Notes under the pieces: generated by a model | Seen by the model: only the letters and a program-made list of their open reading frames with translations | The model's database searches: none | What the model was told of the DNA's origin: nothing | Program-made: the position numbers and the translations under genes | DNA from: Planctomycetaceae bacterium | GTDB lineage: Bacteria; Planctomycetota; Planctomycetia; Planctomycetales; Planctomycetaceae | Direction of reading: 5' to 3' | DNA length: 64,000 bases | Assembly: GCA_040382995.1 (NCBI GenBank) | Contig: JBEIEK010000001.1 | Location: 21,919 to 85,918, forward strand | Shown: piece by piece, positions 8,389 through 18,367 of the stretch | Position numbering within the stretch: the stretch's first letter is position 1 | How the letters are laid out: every line of letters begins with the position of its first letter

Positions 8389-9801
8389 TCAGTTGGGCTG
8401 CACCACCGCCTCAAGCTGCGTCGGTACCGGGATCACGCCACTTTGGTGCTCAGCCACCGCCCTGCGGATCTGTTCGATCACTTCAGGATGCTGAGCGGCC
8501 ACGTTCCACTTTTCTCCCGGGTCCACTCGCAGTTCAAACAGCAGCGGCGGATCATGAGCATCCGGTTTCGGCGTGTTGTAGCCGGGCCGCGTCAGAAAAT
8601 GGGCCTTCCATGGACCCAGTCGGCAGGCATACAAAGTACTCCCGCGATAGTACATGAAAGCTCCGCGCTGAACGTCACCTGTGCCAAACAGCAGTGGTCG
8701 GATGTCCATTCCATCCAGCTGTGTGTCGGGCAGCGAAGTACCCGTGATGGCCGCGATGGTCGGCAGCAGATCCATGGTGAGCCCCATTTCGTGCTGCACC
8801 CGGCCCGCTGGAATCTTTCCCGGCCACCACATCAGCCCCGGCACACGCATGCCACCCTCCCAGGTGGAGCCCTTGCCGTCTCTGAGCATTCCTGCGGAAC
8901 CGCCGTGGGAATCAAAGATCAGCCACGGACCGTTGTCGCTGCTGAAGACCACCAGCGTCTGCTGGGCAAGTCCTTCATCGCGAAGCGTCTGCAGGATCTG
9001 CCCGACACTCCAGTCCAGCTCTTCCACAACGTCCCCGTAAATGCCAGCCAGACTGCGTCCCCGAAACTCTGCGGATGCAAACAGCGGCACATGCGGAAAG
9101 TTATGGGCCATGTAAAGAAAAAACGGCTTTGATTTGCTGGATTTGATGAAGGAAATCGCTTCTTCGGTGTAACGTTTTGTAAGCTGCCGCTGATCCGGTC
9201 GCTCCTCTGCCACCTCAGCACCCCGAATCAGCTGGGTCTGCCAGAATTCCGTCTGCTCCGCAAAAAACTTCGCTCGATCCTGCGGCGCATCCGGGGCCGG
9301 ACGCATGTCGTTCGAATAGGGCATGCCAAAATAGCTGTCAAACCCGTGCTGCAGCGGCAGATGCTCAGGCAGATGCCCAAGATGCCACTTGCCGATGATC
9401 GCCGTGGAATAGCCGGCCGGCTTGAGCATTTCAGCGATGGTGATTTCCTGCGCGGGCAGGCCACCTATTGAGTTGTTCCGCAGCACGCGAAACTGGTCAT
9501 GACACATTCCGCTGCGAATCGGGTAACGCCCCGTCAGCAAAGCGGTGCGGCTTGGAGTGCACACTTCGGCCGCGGAATAAAACTCCGTAAACCGCATCCC
9601 CTCCGCAGCCATCCGATCCAGATGCGGTGTGCGAATCGACGGATGTCCATAACAGCCCAGATCGCCGTACCCCAGGTCGTCAGCGTAGATGATCACGATG
9701 TTCGGTTGCTCTGCCGCCACCAGCGGATTCAGCAGCAGCAGCGTGATCAGGGTGCAGAACGACAAAACAGAGTTCCAGAAACCAGTCGTCAGAGAAAGCA
9801 T
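8389..9801 (-). CDS. arylsulfatase A-family sulfatase
   Basis: PNIVIIYADDLGYGDLGCYGH plus the formylglycine motif CTPSRTALLTGR. Start trimmed to ATG 9801 ahead of the signal peptide. Confidence 0.9.
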   Translation of the reverse strand: MLSLTTGFWNSVLSFCTLITLLLLNPLVAAEQPNIVIIYADDLGYGDLGCYGHPSIRTPHLDRMAAEGMRFTEFYSAAEVCTPSRTALLTGRYPIRSGMCHDQFRVLRNNSIGGLPAQEITIAEMLKPAGYSTAIIGKWHLGHLPEHLPLQHGFDSYFGMPYSNDMRPAPDAPQDRAKFFAEQTEFWQTQLIRGAEVAEERPDQRQLTKRYTEEAISFIKSSKSKPFFLYMAHNFPHVPLFASAEFRGRSLAGIYGDVVEELDWSVGQILQTLRDEGLAQQTLVVFSSDNGPWLIFDSHGGSAGMLRDGKGSTWEGGMRVPGLMWWPGKIPAGRVQHEMGLTMDLLPTIAAITGTSLPDTQLDGMDIRPLLFGTGDVQRGAFMYYRGSTLYACRLGPWKAHFLTRPGYNTPKPDAHDPPLLFELRVDPGEKWNVAAQHPEVIEQIRRAVAEHQSGVIPVPTQLEAVVQPN

Positions 9802-9866
9802 GTCAGTCGCTTTCGAAAAAGATGATGTCCTCAATATCACAATGGCAGCGTCTCAGGTTTCAGCCG

Positions 9867-11051
9867 TCATTCACCCGCTTCCCGGTGCTCGCTGCTGACA
9901 GTCAATCCGCGGGCGTCCTTTGCTGCCACGTAGTATGCCCGCGCGTTTTCCGGGATCGTGGCTGAGATGGTGCCGTCGGTCAGCGTTGCCGGAAGCGATT
10001 TCCATTCGCGGTTCTGCCATGTGCCATCAGCGGTGGTGTAGTGCAGCTGAACCTCGCGGATTTCCGTGGCGGACTGGACTGTGGCGTTCAGTTGGAAGCC
10101 AGCCTGCTGCAGGGGGCCGATGGTCGCAAGGGCCTGACCGCCCTTCAGCTGGCTGTCGATGAACAGATCCACCTCGGGAAATGTCCAGATATGCCCGTGG
10201 GGCAGACGCGGGATGACGGCAAGTGTCCGCAGGGAGGGCTGCACCAGCCGACAGGATTTGCGATAGCTGTCCAGCGGATAAGCGAAATCATTGGTGCCGT
10301 TCAGGAACAGGATCGGACAGCGGACCTGGGAAAGATAGCTGGAGGGATCAAAGTGCGTCACCCATCGCTCTCGCAGTTCGGGTGACATAGGGGTGAAACG
10401 GGGTTGAGTCCACACGCTGTTGTCTGCCAGAAATCCGCAGCCGTAGACGGGCACTGCGACTTTCAGCCGGTCGTCAAGGCTGGCCACAAGACAGGTCAGA
10501 TAACCGCCCCAGCTGATGCCGGTGATGCCGATGCGACTGGCGTCGACGGCGGGCTGAGCGGCCAGCAGGGAATGACCGCGAATTACGGCCGCCACTGCAT
10601 GATAACTCCACATCTCCCGAGCCTCCGCGTCAGTGAAGGAGCGGAATTTGGTTTCGTCGGACTGATCGGGGCCACCATCAGAAAGTCGTCCATCAGGACC
10701 GTGCCCTGCCAGATCCATGGCCAGGGCTGCATAGCCCCGGTTGGCCCAGTGCAGAGCCCAGTCACGAAATGCCCTGCCACCTCCGCCGTGCACAAGCACC
10801 ACGGCGGGGAAGGGCCCGTCACCAACTGGCTGTGCATACCACGCAAAGACTCGAGTCGGCTTCCCCTGCAGCGGTTCACCCGCGTAGTACACCGGACGTA
10901 CCAACCCGTCCGCCGGACCGAATTCGGCAGGGGGAGTTTGTTTCAGCGCGAGCAGATCCCATGGCCCGGTCCTGTCGGCTGCTGTTGCGTGCAGACTGGT
11001 GACGATTGGCAGAAGAGTGATTGCAAGCAGAAACTGACGACGGCGTATCAT
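9867..11051 (-). CDS. secreted alpha/beta hydrolase (acetyl-xylan-esterase / dienelactone-hydrolase-like)
   Basis: Start trimmed to ATG 11051 (MIRRRQFLLAITLLP). VLVHGGGG oxyanion region. Nucleophile elbow GISWGG. C-terminal beta-rich extension. Confidence 0.75.
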   Translation of the reverse strand: MIRRRQFLLAITLLPIVTSLHATAADRTGPWDLLALKQTPPAEFGPADGLVRPVYYAGEPLQGKPTRVFAWYAQPVGDGPFPAVVLVHGGGGRAFRDWALHWANRGYAALAMDLAGHGPDGRLSDGGPDQSDETKFRSFTDAEAREMWSYHAVAAVIRGHSLLAAQPAVDASRIGITGISWGGYLTCLVASLDDRLKVAVPVYGCGFLADNSVWTQPRFTPMSPELRERWVTHFDPSSYLSQVRCPILFLNGTNDFAYPLDSYRKSCRLVQPSLRTLAVIPRLPHGHIWTFPEVDLFIDSQLKGGQALATIGPLQQAGFQLNATVQSATEIREVQLHYTTADGTWQNREWKSLPATLTDGTISATIPENARAYYVAAKDARGLTVSSEHREAGE

Positions 11052-11491
11052 GGCAGGACAATCTGTTGTGGGGAACGGGAGCGTGGAGCCGGGAGGGCCG
11101 TTATTGTATGACGGACTTCCTGTCCGTCGAGCGGTTTCGCGACGGACTTCCAGTCTGTCGTACGGAAGCACAGGGATGCGGCTCGGCAGGAGCTTCGCCC
11201 TGGGTTGGCGAAACGGTGTCAAAATCGGCGTTGTGGGCTGTTTTTCGCGGGGCCCGTTGACTTGACAACCGATCGCCACTGCTCACGAAACCACAAGAGC
11301 GCGGAGCCGATGTCGGACTCGGCCCAGTCCTGCAGATCCAGCAGGTGCTGCAGGCGCTCCTGCAGTGTCTCAGGGAGTCGCGGCTCCTGCCGATGCTCAG
11401 GTCAGTGGAGTCTGCAGCGTCGTCAGCGAGCGGATCGTCTCCGCCGCGGTTGGTCTCAATCCAGAACTTCTTTCTAATTCCCCAAACAGCT

Positions 11492-11526
11492 GTTGCACTG
11501 TGTGACATATTGTCATACAGTGCAAC
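11492..11526. promoter_or_regulatory. candidate GntR operator: 16-bp inverted repeat with one mismatch and a 3-bp spacer
   Basis: gttgcactgtgtgaca-tat-tgtcatacagtgcaac, about 30 nt upstream of the proposed GntR start. Confidence 0.45.
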
Positions 11527-11555
11527 TGCTGAACAAACAGCAAGGGAGCTGCCTG

Positions 11556-11948
11556 GTGCTGATCAATGTGGACTTTAACAGCGGCGAACCTGTTACTCGA
11601 CAGGTCGTTGCGCAGATCAAGTGGTTGGTTGCCACAGGCCACCTGGCGGTCGGTGAAAAGCTTCCGTCCGTACGAGATCTCGCGGTTCAGCTGAAGGTCA
11701 ACCCAACCACGGTCAGTCGAATTTACTCTGAGTTATCTGCTGAAGACGTGATCGTACTGAGGCAGGGGCAAGGGGCGTTTGTTTCATCACGACCGTCGAT
11801 GATTCATCGCGCTGAAGCGAAGAAGCAGGTTCGTGAGCTGATTCGCAGGATGCTGTCAGAAGCAGTTCGGCTGGGCCTGAGTCATGATGACATCCGGCAA
11901 TTGATTGGAAGTGAATTCGAGAACCTTCCGGAGGCTTCCCATGAATGA
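11556..11948 (+). CDS. GntR-family transcriptional regulator, short YtrA-like subfamily
   Basis: Winged HTH: LPSVRDLAVQLKVNPTTVSRIYSELSAEDVIVLRQGQGAFV. I prefer GTG 11556, which lies 7 nt after GGGAG 11544-11548. The track ORF starts at TTG 11493, inside the palindrome. Confidence 0.8.
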   Translation: MLINVDFNSGEPVTRQVVAQIKWLVATGHLAVGEKLPSVRDLAVQLKVNPTTVSRIYSELSAEDVIVLRQGQGAFVSSRPSMIHRAEAKKQVRELIRRMLSEAVRLGLSHDDIRQLIGSEFENLPEASHE

Positions 11949-12858
11949 TGCCTTGATCACGGTCAGAAACCTCTGCCGGAGGTTTGGCCGAACTGAAGCT
12001 GTAAACAATGTCAGTCTGGAAGTGATTCGCGGTTCAATTCACGGACTTCTCGGAACAAACGGAGCCGGAAAGACGACACTGATTCGATTGCTGATGGGGC
12101 ATTTGTATCCGGACAGTGGCGACGTGCTGGTTCTGGGTCAGCCTCCTCGTCGGCACTGCAGTGAGAGACTGCGTCGAATCGCTTATGTCTCGGACCAAAT
12201 GCAGCTGCCATCTCGGTCCTGTCTGGCCGACATTCTTCGGCTGAATGAGCGTTTCTTTCCCAGCTGGAATTCACGACTGGCGACGCGACTGACAAAGGAA
12301 TTCGACATTGATGCCTCCGCAGTCTTTTCGCGGCTGTCGCTGGGCCAGAAGCGTCGCGTTGTACTGCTTCAGGCGATTTGCCAGGGGGCCGAGCTATTGA
12401 TTCTGGATGAACCTCTTTCGGGGCTGGATGCGATCATTCGTCGGCAATGCCTGGACATGCTGCTGGAAGCGACGGTGGAGCATGGCCAGACAATCGTGGT
12501 GTCGTCGCATCTTCTGCACGACATTGAACGAATTGTCGACACGGTCACCATCATGTCAGCGGGGCGAGTTTTTGCCGAAGGAAATCTCGAAGACTTGAAA
12601 CGCCGAATGCGTCGAATTCGCATCGAGGGATCCGTGTCATCAGACCAGGAACAGGCACTCACTCAATTCAGGATCGTTCGCCGACAAATGAAACATCAGA
12701 TCACGGACCTGATCGTAGACGATTATCAGGAAGCGACTCAGCATTCTCTCGTGAACACTCTGGGCGACAGGATCATTGTTGAGCACATGAACCTTGAAGA
12801 CATCTTCGTCGAACTCAGCCTGAAGACAGCGGAACAATCAAGGAAAACAGCCCTATGA
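11941..12858 (+). CDS. ABC transporter ATP-binding protein
   Basis: Walker A GTNGAGKTT. Signature LSLGQKRR. Walker B LLILDEP. ATG 11941 overlaps the GntR stop by 8 nt. Confidence 0.9.
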   Translation: MNDALITVRNLCRRFGRTEAVNNVSLEVIRGSIHGLLGTNGAGKTTLIRLLMGHLYPDSGDVLVLGQPPRRHCSERLRRIAYVSDQMQLPSRSCLADILRLNERFFPSWNSRLATRLTKEFDIDASAVFSRLSLGQKRRVVLLQAICQGAELLILDEPLSGLDAIIRRQCLDMLLEATVEHGQTIVVSSHLLHDIERIVDTVTIMSAGRVFAEGNLEDLKRRMRRIRIEGSVSSDQEQALTQFRIVRRQMKHQITDLIVDDYQEATQHSLVNTLGDRIIVEHMNLEDIFVELSLKTAEQSRKTAL

Positions 12859-13511
12859 GTTTGCCTCTCATGCGTTACCTGTTATCGGCGATGAAACTCG
12901 AGCTTCTGGCACTGTCCGGATTGCTGACTGCGAGCACGCTCCTGCAGCCCGACCCGATGACAAGTGACCAGACGCTCTACTATGAGGAGCAATTCACCCA
13001 GTTTCTGATCTATCTGTTCGTTGTGTTGGGCCTGTTGTTGCCGGTGCGAGTTTTCGTGAATTCAGTCGGTGTTGCAGACTGGTTAAGTTCACGCGGACTG
13101 ACACGGCGACAGCAGTTTTTCACACGACTGGCAACTGGATTGATCGTCATTGCGTCATCGTTTGTCTGGGTTGGATCTCTTCAGCTGCTCGGAATACGAC
13201 AGTTTGTCCAGCTGGCATTCGAGTCGCCGTGGTTTCCGATGGTTCGGTGGTACGAGCTGCTCGAATTGCCTGCCTTCGCGCCCTACGCCTGCCTTCCCTT
13301 CTTTGTGACAACGCTGGTGTTGACGGCGACCATGTCAGGTCAGTCATTGTTCCCCGCTTTCAGAATTGTGCTGGCGATCATCGCGTCTGCTCTCGTTGTC
13401 ACAGTTCTCAGTGCACCTCATCTCTGGACATGGATGGCCTGGCCAGCCATGGCTTTGTGCGCCGTATTGGCCTGCGGATTGTGGACGCAGAGCGAACATC
13501 ACAGTCAATAA
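12855..13511 (+). CDS. 6-TM membrane protein, probable ABC-2-like permease partner
   Basis: ATGA overlap with the ATPase gene. About six hydrophobic helices by eye. No family recognised. Confidence 0.65.
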   Translation: MSLPLMRYLLSAMKLELLALSGLLTASTLLQPDPMTSDQTLYYEEQFTQFLIYLFVVLGLLLPVRVFVNSVGVADWLSSRGLTRRQQFFTRLATGLIVIASSFVWVGSLQLLGIRQFVQLAFESPWFPMVRWYELLELPAFAPYACLPFFVTTLVLTATMSGQSLFPAFRIVLAIIASALVVTVLSAPHLWTWMAWPAMALCAVLACGLWTQSEHHSQ

Positions 13512-13521
13512 GGAACGTTCC

Positions 13522-15369
13522 ATGCACGCCAAAGCAGAAGGCCGCAGAATACTCACATTTGCCTGCGTCACCATATTGCTCATCCACGTCGCGGCCTTGT
13601 ATCACGAGACCGCAGGTGGATGGTTGGGGCCTCGACAATCGGCGGAGACGCCAACTTTCATCGCCATCACTGTCTGCGCGGGACTGCTGATTGCCGGAAT
13701 GGTGTGGTGGAAAGGAGCCGCCGCCATGCCGGATGTGATCCTGGTCCTGACCGGCAGCTTCCTCATTGATCAGACTGCAGGGTCTTTCAAGCTGCTTCCA
13801 CAACAGGTGGAAACACAGCCAGTCGCCCCTTCACCAGTCGCCATTTCAATTGAGAGCCGGTATGAAGGGACCGAAGTCCGCTGCAACGGCGTCCTGCTTG
13901 GAAAGACCCCGCTCCGAATCACCCTCGACGAATTCGCTGAGCGAGTATTGCCTGCGCAGGAGCCCCCCGTTCAGGAGGCGGCCTTTGAATGGTCCGCATC
14001 TTCATCGCCGGATTCACTGGCTTCGATGAATTGGAGCGCCCTGCCATTTGATCCGTCAAATCCGAAAAAAAACGACAGTGGAACACCCACGAACATGATT
14101 CTGAAACGCATTTCAACCGGCCGATACTTCTGGGATTTCAGGGTCGGTGAATTCAGGGCAGCATCGGACCACATCGATTTTCACAAGAACAACAACGAAA
14201 TTATCGTCAACACCAGGGGATGGGAAACTCTCCGGCGACACGCCGAAGCACTCAGGACGCTGGCAAAAGAGGAATCCGTCGATCCGCTCGTGGCTTATGC
14301 AGATCACATTGACTCACATCCCCCACTCCGTCAGGTACTAACTCCACCAATTCCGCAGAAACGCACGCGGCATGTTTTTCGCATGAGCGAGCTGGAGCGG
14401 TCCTCCAAAGAACCACTCGGGTTTGAAGACGCGGTCATGCGGCGAGATTGGCTGTGGGTTGCCCGATCAAATGATCCAAAATCCGTGCCGTTGCTGAAAT
14501 GGTATCTGGAAAGGCATCGACGGCAGTCAGGGGACGATCGATCTCTGCTGCATTTCAAAGGGCCTGTCCTGTCCCTGCTGATGGAGTCTGAACAGCCCGA
14601 GATTCAGCAGCTGGTTCGGAACATCATGACCTCGGCTGAATGGCCACATTATCAGCTGCTGGAGTACTACATCGAACGGCAATTGGAGGCGGGTGTGAAT
14701 CGCGAAGAGCTGACTTCGTGGCTGGCCGAGGGAAGGAGCGATCTGACGCGTCACTTTCTTCCGCTGCTGATTCGTGTGGCTGGTTCGAACTTTTCAGAAG
14801 TCGTCGGACAGTACTCAGAACCCGACTGGTGGTCCTGCATGGTATCCAGGCCCGAAGTTCCTGAGAGTGTCGTCAACTACCTTGCAAAGCAGTTACGAGA
14901 GGCGCCCACCCCAGCACTTTACCGTGGAATTGCTCAGCTCGACAAACATCCAGTCCTGTATGTCGCCATTTCCGAAACCGATCTCAGCACCGCGGCCCGA
15001 GTGCGGGATTTCGTTCCGTTCATTGGCTCGTGGTCCGGGTGGGTCAATCAGGCGCTGTCTGAAGCCGCAGCAAAGGCCTTTGCGAAGGCCACCGATCAAT
15101 CGCACATCACTGAACTGGCTCAACTTCTGGCATACGTGCCAAATGACATCAGCCTGGCGACGCTGGAAGCATACGCCGGTCCGGAAAACAAAGTCGTCGC
15201 CGAATGCGAACAGCAGGTGCGGAATACCTTAAAGCGTCAACGGGAGTCTCTGGAGGAGCAACTTCAGTTGGCCAGGGACCTGCTGGCCGGAAAAAAGTCC
15301 TCTCAGGATCTGGTGAACCCGATTCGCCTTGAATGGAAACACGGAAAGTACGTAAGAACACAACCCTGA
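13522..15369 (+). CDS. membrane protein with PEGA-like domain and long helical-repeat C-terminal region
   Basis: Start trimmed to ATG 13522, preceded by AAGGAA. Three N-terminal hydrophobic helices. ISIESRYEGTEVRCNGVLLGKTPLRITL is PEGA-like. The rest is helix-rich. Confidence 0.6.
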   Translation: MHAKAEGRRILTFACVTILLIHVAALYHETAGGWLGPRQSAETPTFIAITVCAGLLIAGMVWWKGAAAMPDVILVLTGSFLIDQTAGSFKLLPQQVETQPVAPSPVAISIESRYEGTEVRCNGVLLGKTPLRITLDEFAERVLPAQEPPVQEAAFEWSASSSPDSLASMNWSALPFDPSNPKKNDSGTPTNMILKRISTGRYFWDFRVGEFRAASDHIDFHKNNNEIIVNTRGWETLRRHAEALRTLAKEESVDPLVAYADHIDSHPPLRQVLTPPIPQKRTRHVFRMSELERSSKEPLGFEDAVMRRDWLWVARSNDPKSVPLLKWYLERHRRQSGDDRSLLHFKGPVLSLLMESEQPEIQQLVRNIMTSAEWPHYQLLEYYIERQLEAGVNREELTSWLAEGRSDLTRHFLPLLIRVAGSNFSEVVGQYSEPDWWSCMVSRPEVPESVVNYLAKQLREAPTPALYRGIAQLDKHPVLYVAISETDLSTAARVRDFVPFIGSWSGWVNQALSEAAAKAFAKATDQSHITELAQLLAYVPNDISLATLEAYAGPENKVVAECEQQVRNTLKRQRESLEEQLQLARDLLAGKKSSQDLVNPIRLEWKHGKYVRTQP

Positions 15370-15847
15370 CAGCACAACGCGGCAGAAAGAATCCCGTACT
15401 GGATCATTGCTGCCAGAATTCCCGTTACCCAGGAGTGTGGCCGGACTTGAGGTGTGAGACCAGCGAAAACTGGCAGTGTGGGAAATTGGCCTTCATGCAA
15501 TTTCCTTCGAAAAAGTTAAGTCACCTGAATTTGCTGCTGCGTCACCAGTTGCGGCAAAGGCATTCTGCCAGAGCGGGTGGGGATGTGGTCGGCACGTTCA
15601 CACGAGTTCCGCGGCCGAGCGGAAGCATTGGGTGAAAAACCATTTTTGAAGTCTTCTTCGCCGTAGCCATTCGACATCACCGTCTTTGCCGACAGCGTGG
15701 ACTATGACTTCACATCGAACGGCTATGCCGTTGAATTTGCAATGTTGAATATCGACGCCGCACTTTGCACATGACACGCTCGCATTTTCTCTGACACTTC
15801 GCCAGACTTCCGCGGTCATTTTTCATCATCCGCAGGAAGCAGCCCCC

Positions 15848-16222
15848 ATGATTGCGCTCATTGCTCATGACGCCCAGAAGGACACCATGCTGCATTTTGT
15901 CGGCCGTCGCAGGGATTTCTTTGCGATGCAGCGGCTGGTGGCCACGGGAAACACAGGCCGCATGCTGCAGGAAAAACTGGGGCTGGACGTGGAACGAGTG
16001 GCTCACGGGCCCAGTGGCGGGGACCTGATTATTGGTGGTCGCGTGGCGGAGGGGCAGATTCAGGCGGTGCTGTTTCTCAGGGACCCACTCACCGCTCAGC
16101 CGCACGAACCCGATGTGGCGGCACTCATGCGAGTCTGTGATGTGCACAATGTGCCGCTGGCTACAAATGTCGCCTCCGCCGCGGCAGTCGTTGAACATCT
16201 GATGCGGCAAAAATCCGCCTGA
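15848..16222 (+). CDS. mgsA: methylglyoxal synthase
   Basis: MIALIAHDAQKD..., LVATGNTG, HGPSGGDLIIG and LRDPLTAQPHEPDV are hallmark MGS motifs. Size of 124 aa fits. Confidence 0.9.
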   Translation: MIALIAHDAQKDTMLHFVGRRRDFFAMQRLVATGNTGRMLQEKLGLDVERVAHGPSGGDLIIGGRVAEGQIQAVLFLRDPLTAQPHEPDVAALMRVCDVHNVPLATNVASAAAVVEHLMRQKSA

Positions 16223-16280
16223 ACAGCGAGCAGCCTGGCTGCTCACTTTGTTGCCTTGCGGTCCGCGAAAGGACTTCCGT

Positions 16281-16856
16281 TCAGAGTTCCGCCTGTCGCC
16301 GCAGGGGTGCTGGATCGATCTGCGGTTCAAGATCCGGATCGCTGTCCTGCAGGCTGTGTCGAAGTTCTGCGGCATCGATCATTCGCTGCAGCAGTCGCCA
16401 GTCGACGCGGCCGCGGAAACGCACGCGTCCGTCAATTTCGATGACGGGGATGGATTCACCAAACTGACGGACAAGCTGGGGGTCGTCGTCAATGTTGACC
16501 ACGTCGATGGTGGGGAGCGCGTGCTGGAACTGGAGCAGGGTCTGCAGGGCTTCGTCACAGAGTTTGCATTCGCGGCGAGTGAGCAGTCTGCAGGACCTGA
16601 AAAGCGGACGGCCCTCGCGTTCGGTGAGCCGGTCGGGAATTGGGGATTTGAGCAGCACAGCGGCGGTTAGAAACAGGGCACCGCACAGGAGCAGATGAAT
16701 TCCGCGGCTGGTGTGCCAGATGCGCGGCATATCGAACACGGTCACGCCCGTGCGGTCGCAGAAGATAAGCACGGCGAGAATTGAAGCGACGGTCATCAGG
16801 GCCGTGCCGATCCAGCCCTGAACGCGATGCTGAAACTCTGCACCGGTCGTCGTCAT
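16281..16856 (-). CDS. membrane-anchored glutaredoxin-like protein
   Basis: Three N-terminal hydrophobic helices. The C-terminal thioredoxin-fold segment has a CKLC redox motif and IPVIEIDG. Confidence 0.65.
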   Translation of the reverse strand: MTTTGAEFQHRVQGWIGTALMTVASILAVLIFCDRTGVTVFDMPRIWHTSRGIHLLLCGALFLTAAVLLKSPIPDRLTEREGRPLFRSCRLLTRRECKLCDEALQTLLQFQHALPTIDVVNIDDDPQLVRQFGESIPVIEIDGRVRFRGRVDWRLLQRMIDAAELRHSLQDSDPDLEPQIDPAPLRRQAEL

Positions 16857-17169
16857 GACGAGTGGCTCCGTGGACTACAGAATGATTGAGTGCAGGCGAA
16901 ACGTTCTGGAAAGCATACCGAGGCTTTTGCGGGTGAAAAGTCAGGCAGGCGAATGTTCGGGGAAAATCTGTCGCAGAAGGTGCAGCTGCTGCCTGGGGAA
17001 TGGCAGAAATTGCCGGGGTGCAGGTTTCGCAGCGGTCGCAATCACCAAAGCAGGCCGGGATTCCGGAAAATTGGCTCAGCCATCCACGGCCTCACTCGGC
17101 ATACTCCAGCCCGTATGTCCGTCCCGGTGTTTTGTCGGGTCGGCTGGCTTGAATTGTGAGGATGTTCAG

Positions 17170-18225
17170 ATGTCTGCGAAGCTGTTTCGAACACTTTCCG
17201 CCTGTTTGCTGCTGCTGTCCGTTGTGATGCCATCGGCGTCAGCGGATGTGGAAGCCGTGCGGGGAAAGAAGTATCCGCTCACCAAAAAACATGGTCCGTG
17301 GATGATCATGGTGGCTTCAATTCGCGATGTGGAAGAGGACCGGCGAGTGAAGGACGGGTTGTCAGCGGAAGAGGCGGCTGACGAGCTGGTTTATCAGCTG
17401 CGGCAGCTGGGAATTCCGGCTTACACCTATCAGCTGGAGGAAAAGCTGGGCGAGATTTCGTCTACGGGTGCCAGTAGTTCACGGAAGTTCGTGGCGCAGC
17501 GTGGTTACATTTCTGTACTCGCTGGCAACTTCCCGTCCAACACAGACGCCGAAGCCAAAAAGGTGCTGCAGTACATCAAAACCAAATTCAAGCCGGACTT
17601 TTTGTCGGATCCGAAAAACGGCGGCATTCTGCCCCGCACTCCCGGTCGCCCAAGTCCGCTGAGCCGTGCCTTTCTGACGGCCAATCCGCTGTTCGAGGGA
17701 GAAGTGCGGGATGGCGAGGAAGAAGATTTCCTGGTGGAGCTCAATTCCGGGCAGAAGCATTCGCTGCTGCAGAACAAATCCCGCTACACGCTTGTCGTGG
17801 CCACGTTTTTCGGTGGCAGCGTGATGCAGGTAAACGGGAACGATTCGGCCAGAGCGATGGGGTTCTTTGAACGCAACTTTGGCAAGAGTCTGGATGACTG
17901 TGCCCTGCGTGCGATGCAGCTGGCAGATGCGTTGCGAAATGCCAAAAAGCACGGCTACGACCGCGACTACGAAGCCTGGGTGCTCCACGAAAAATATCGT
18001 TCAATGGTGACGATCGGATCCTTTGAAAGCAAGGACGATCCACGGATCCGACCGCTGATCGCTCAGTTCGGCGGCAAGCCTTCCCGGGATCCGCGCACCG
18101 GCGCCGATGTGATGGTTGGTGAGACCTTCGCCATACCCAAAGTCAGTCGCCGCGGCCAGCTGCCGCAGGATTCGTGGGTCTTTGACGGGACGCCGCAGAT
18201 TCGCGAGGTTCCCCGCGTTCGCTGA
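17170..18225 (+). CDS. secreted hypothetical protein
   Basis: Start trimmed to ATG 17170, giving signal peptide MSAKLFRTLSACLLLLSVVMPSASA. No family recognised. Confidence 0.6.
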   Translation: MSAKLFRTLSACLLLLSVVMPSASADVEAVRGKKYPLTKKHGPWMIMVASIRDVEEDRRVKDGLSAEEAADELVYQLRQLGIPAYTYQLEEKLGEISSTGASSSRKFVAQRGYISVLAGNFPSNTDAEAKKVLQYIKTKFKPDFLSDPKNGGILPRTPGRPSPLSRAFLTANPLFEGEVRDGEEEDFLVELNSGQKHSLLQNKSRYTLVVATFFGGSVMQVNGNDSARAMGFFERNFGKSLDDCALRAMQLADALRNAKKHGYDRDYEAWVLHEKYRSMVTIGSFESKDDPRIRPLIAQFGGKPSRDPRTGADVMVGETFAIPKVSRRGQLPQDSWVFDGTPQIREVPRVR

Positions 18226-18367
18226 ATGCCGTTCTCTGAGCCGTGTCCGCAGAAAAAGTCGTCTCGCTGCGCTTGCCAGCCGTCCCAAACCTCGCCACGA
18301 TGCCGATTCTGCGGGGCAGCCCACGGCTTGCCCAAATTCAGCTCCTTCCGCCAGGCAAGCCAACCCC

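Noticed and set aside
7411-9132. Plus-strand ORFs 7411-7995 and 8272-9132, antisense to the isomerase and sulfatase genes.
   Set aside because: Arg/His/Pro-rich shadow ORFs opposite genes with clear motifs.
15370-15847. A 480-bp intergenic region upstream of mgsA with small ORFs (15333-15635 +, 15598-15819 -). I checked it for a tRNA, riboswitch or small gene.
   Set aside because: I saw no cloverleaf or T-loop signature, no recognisable riboswitch core, and no family motif in the ORFs. Left unannotated.
15710-16375. 221-aa minus-strand ORF.
   Set aside because: It lies antisense across the whole of mgsA, which has unmistakable motifs.
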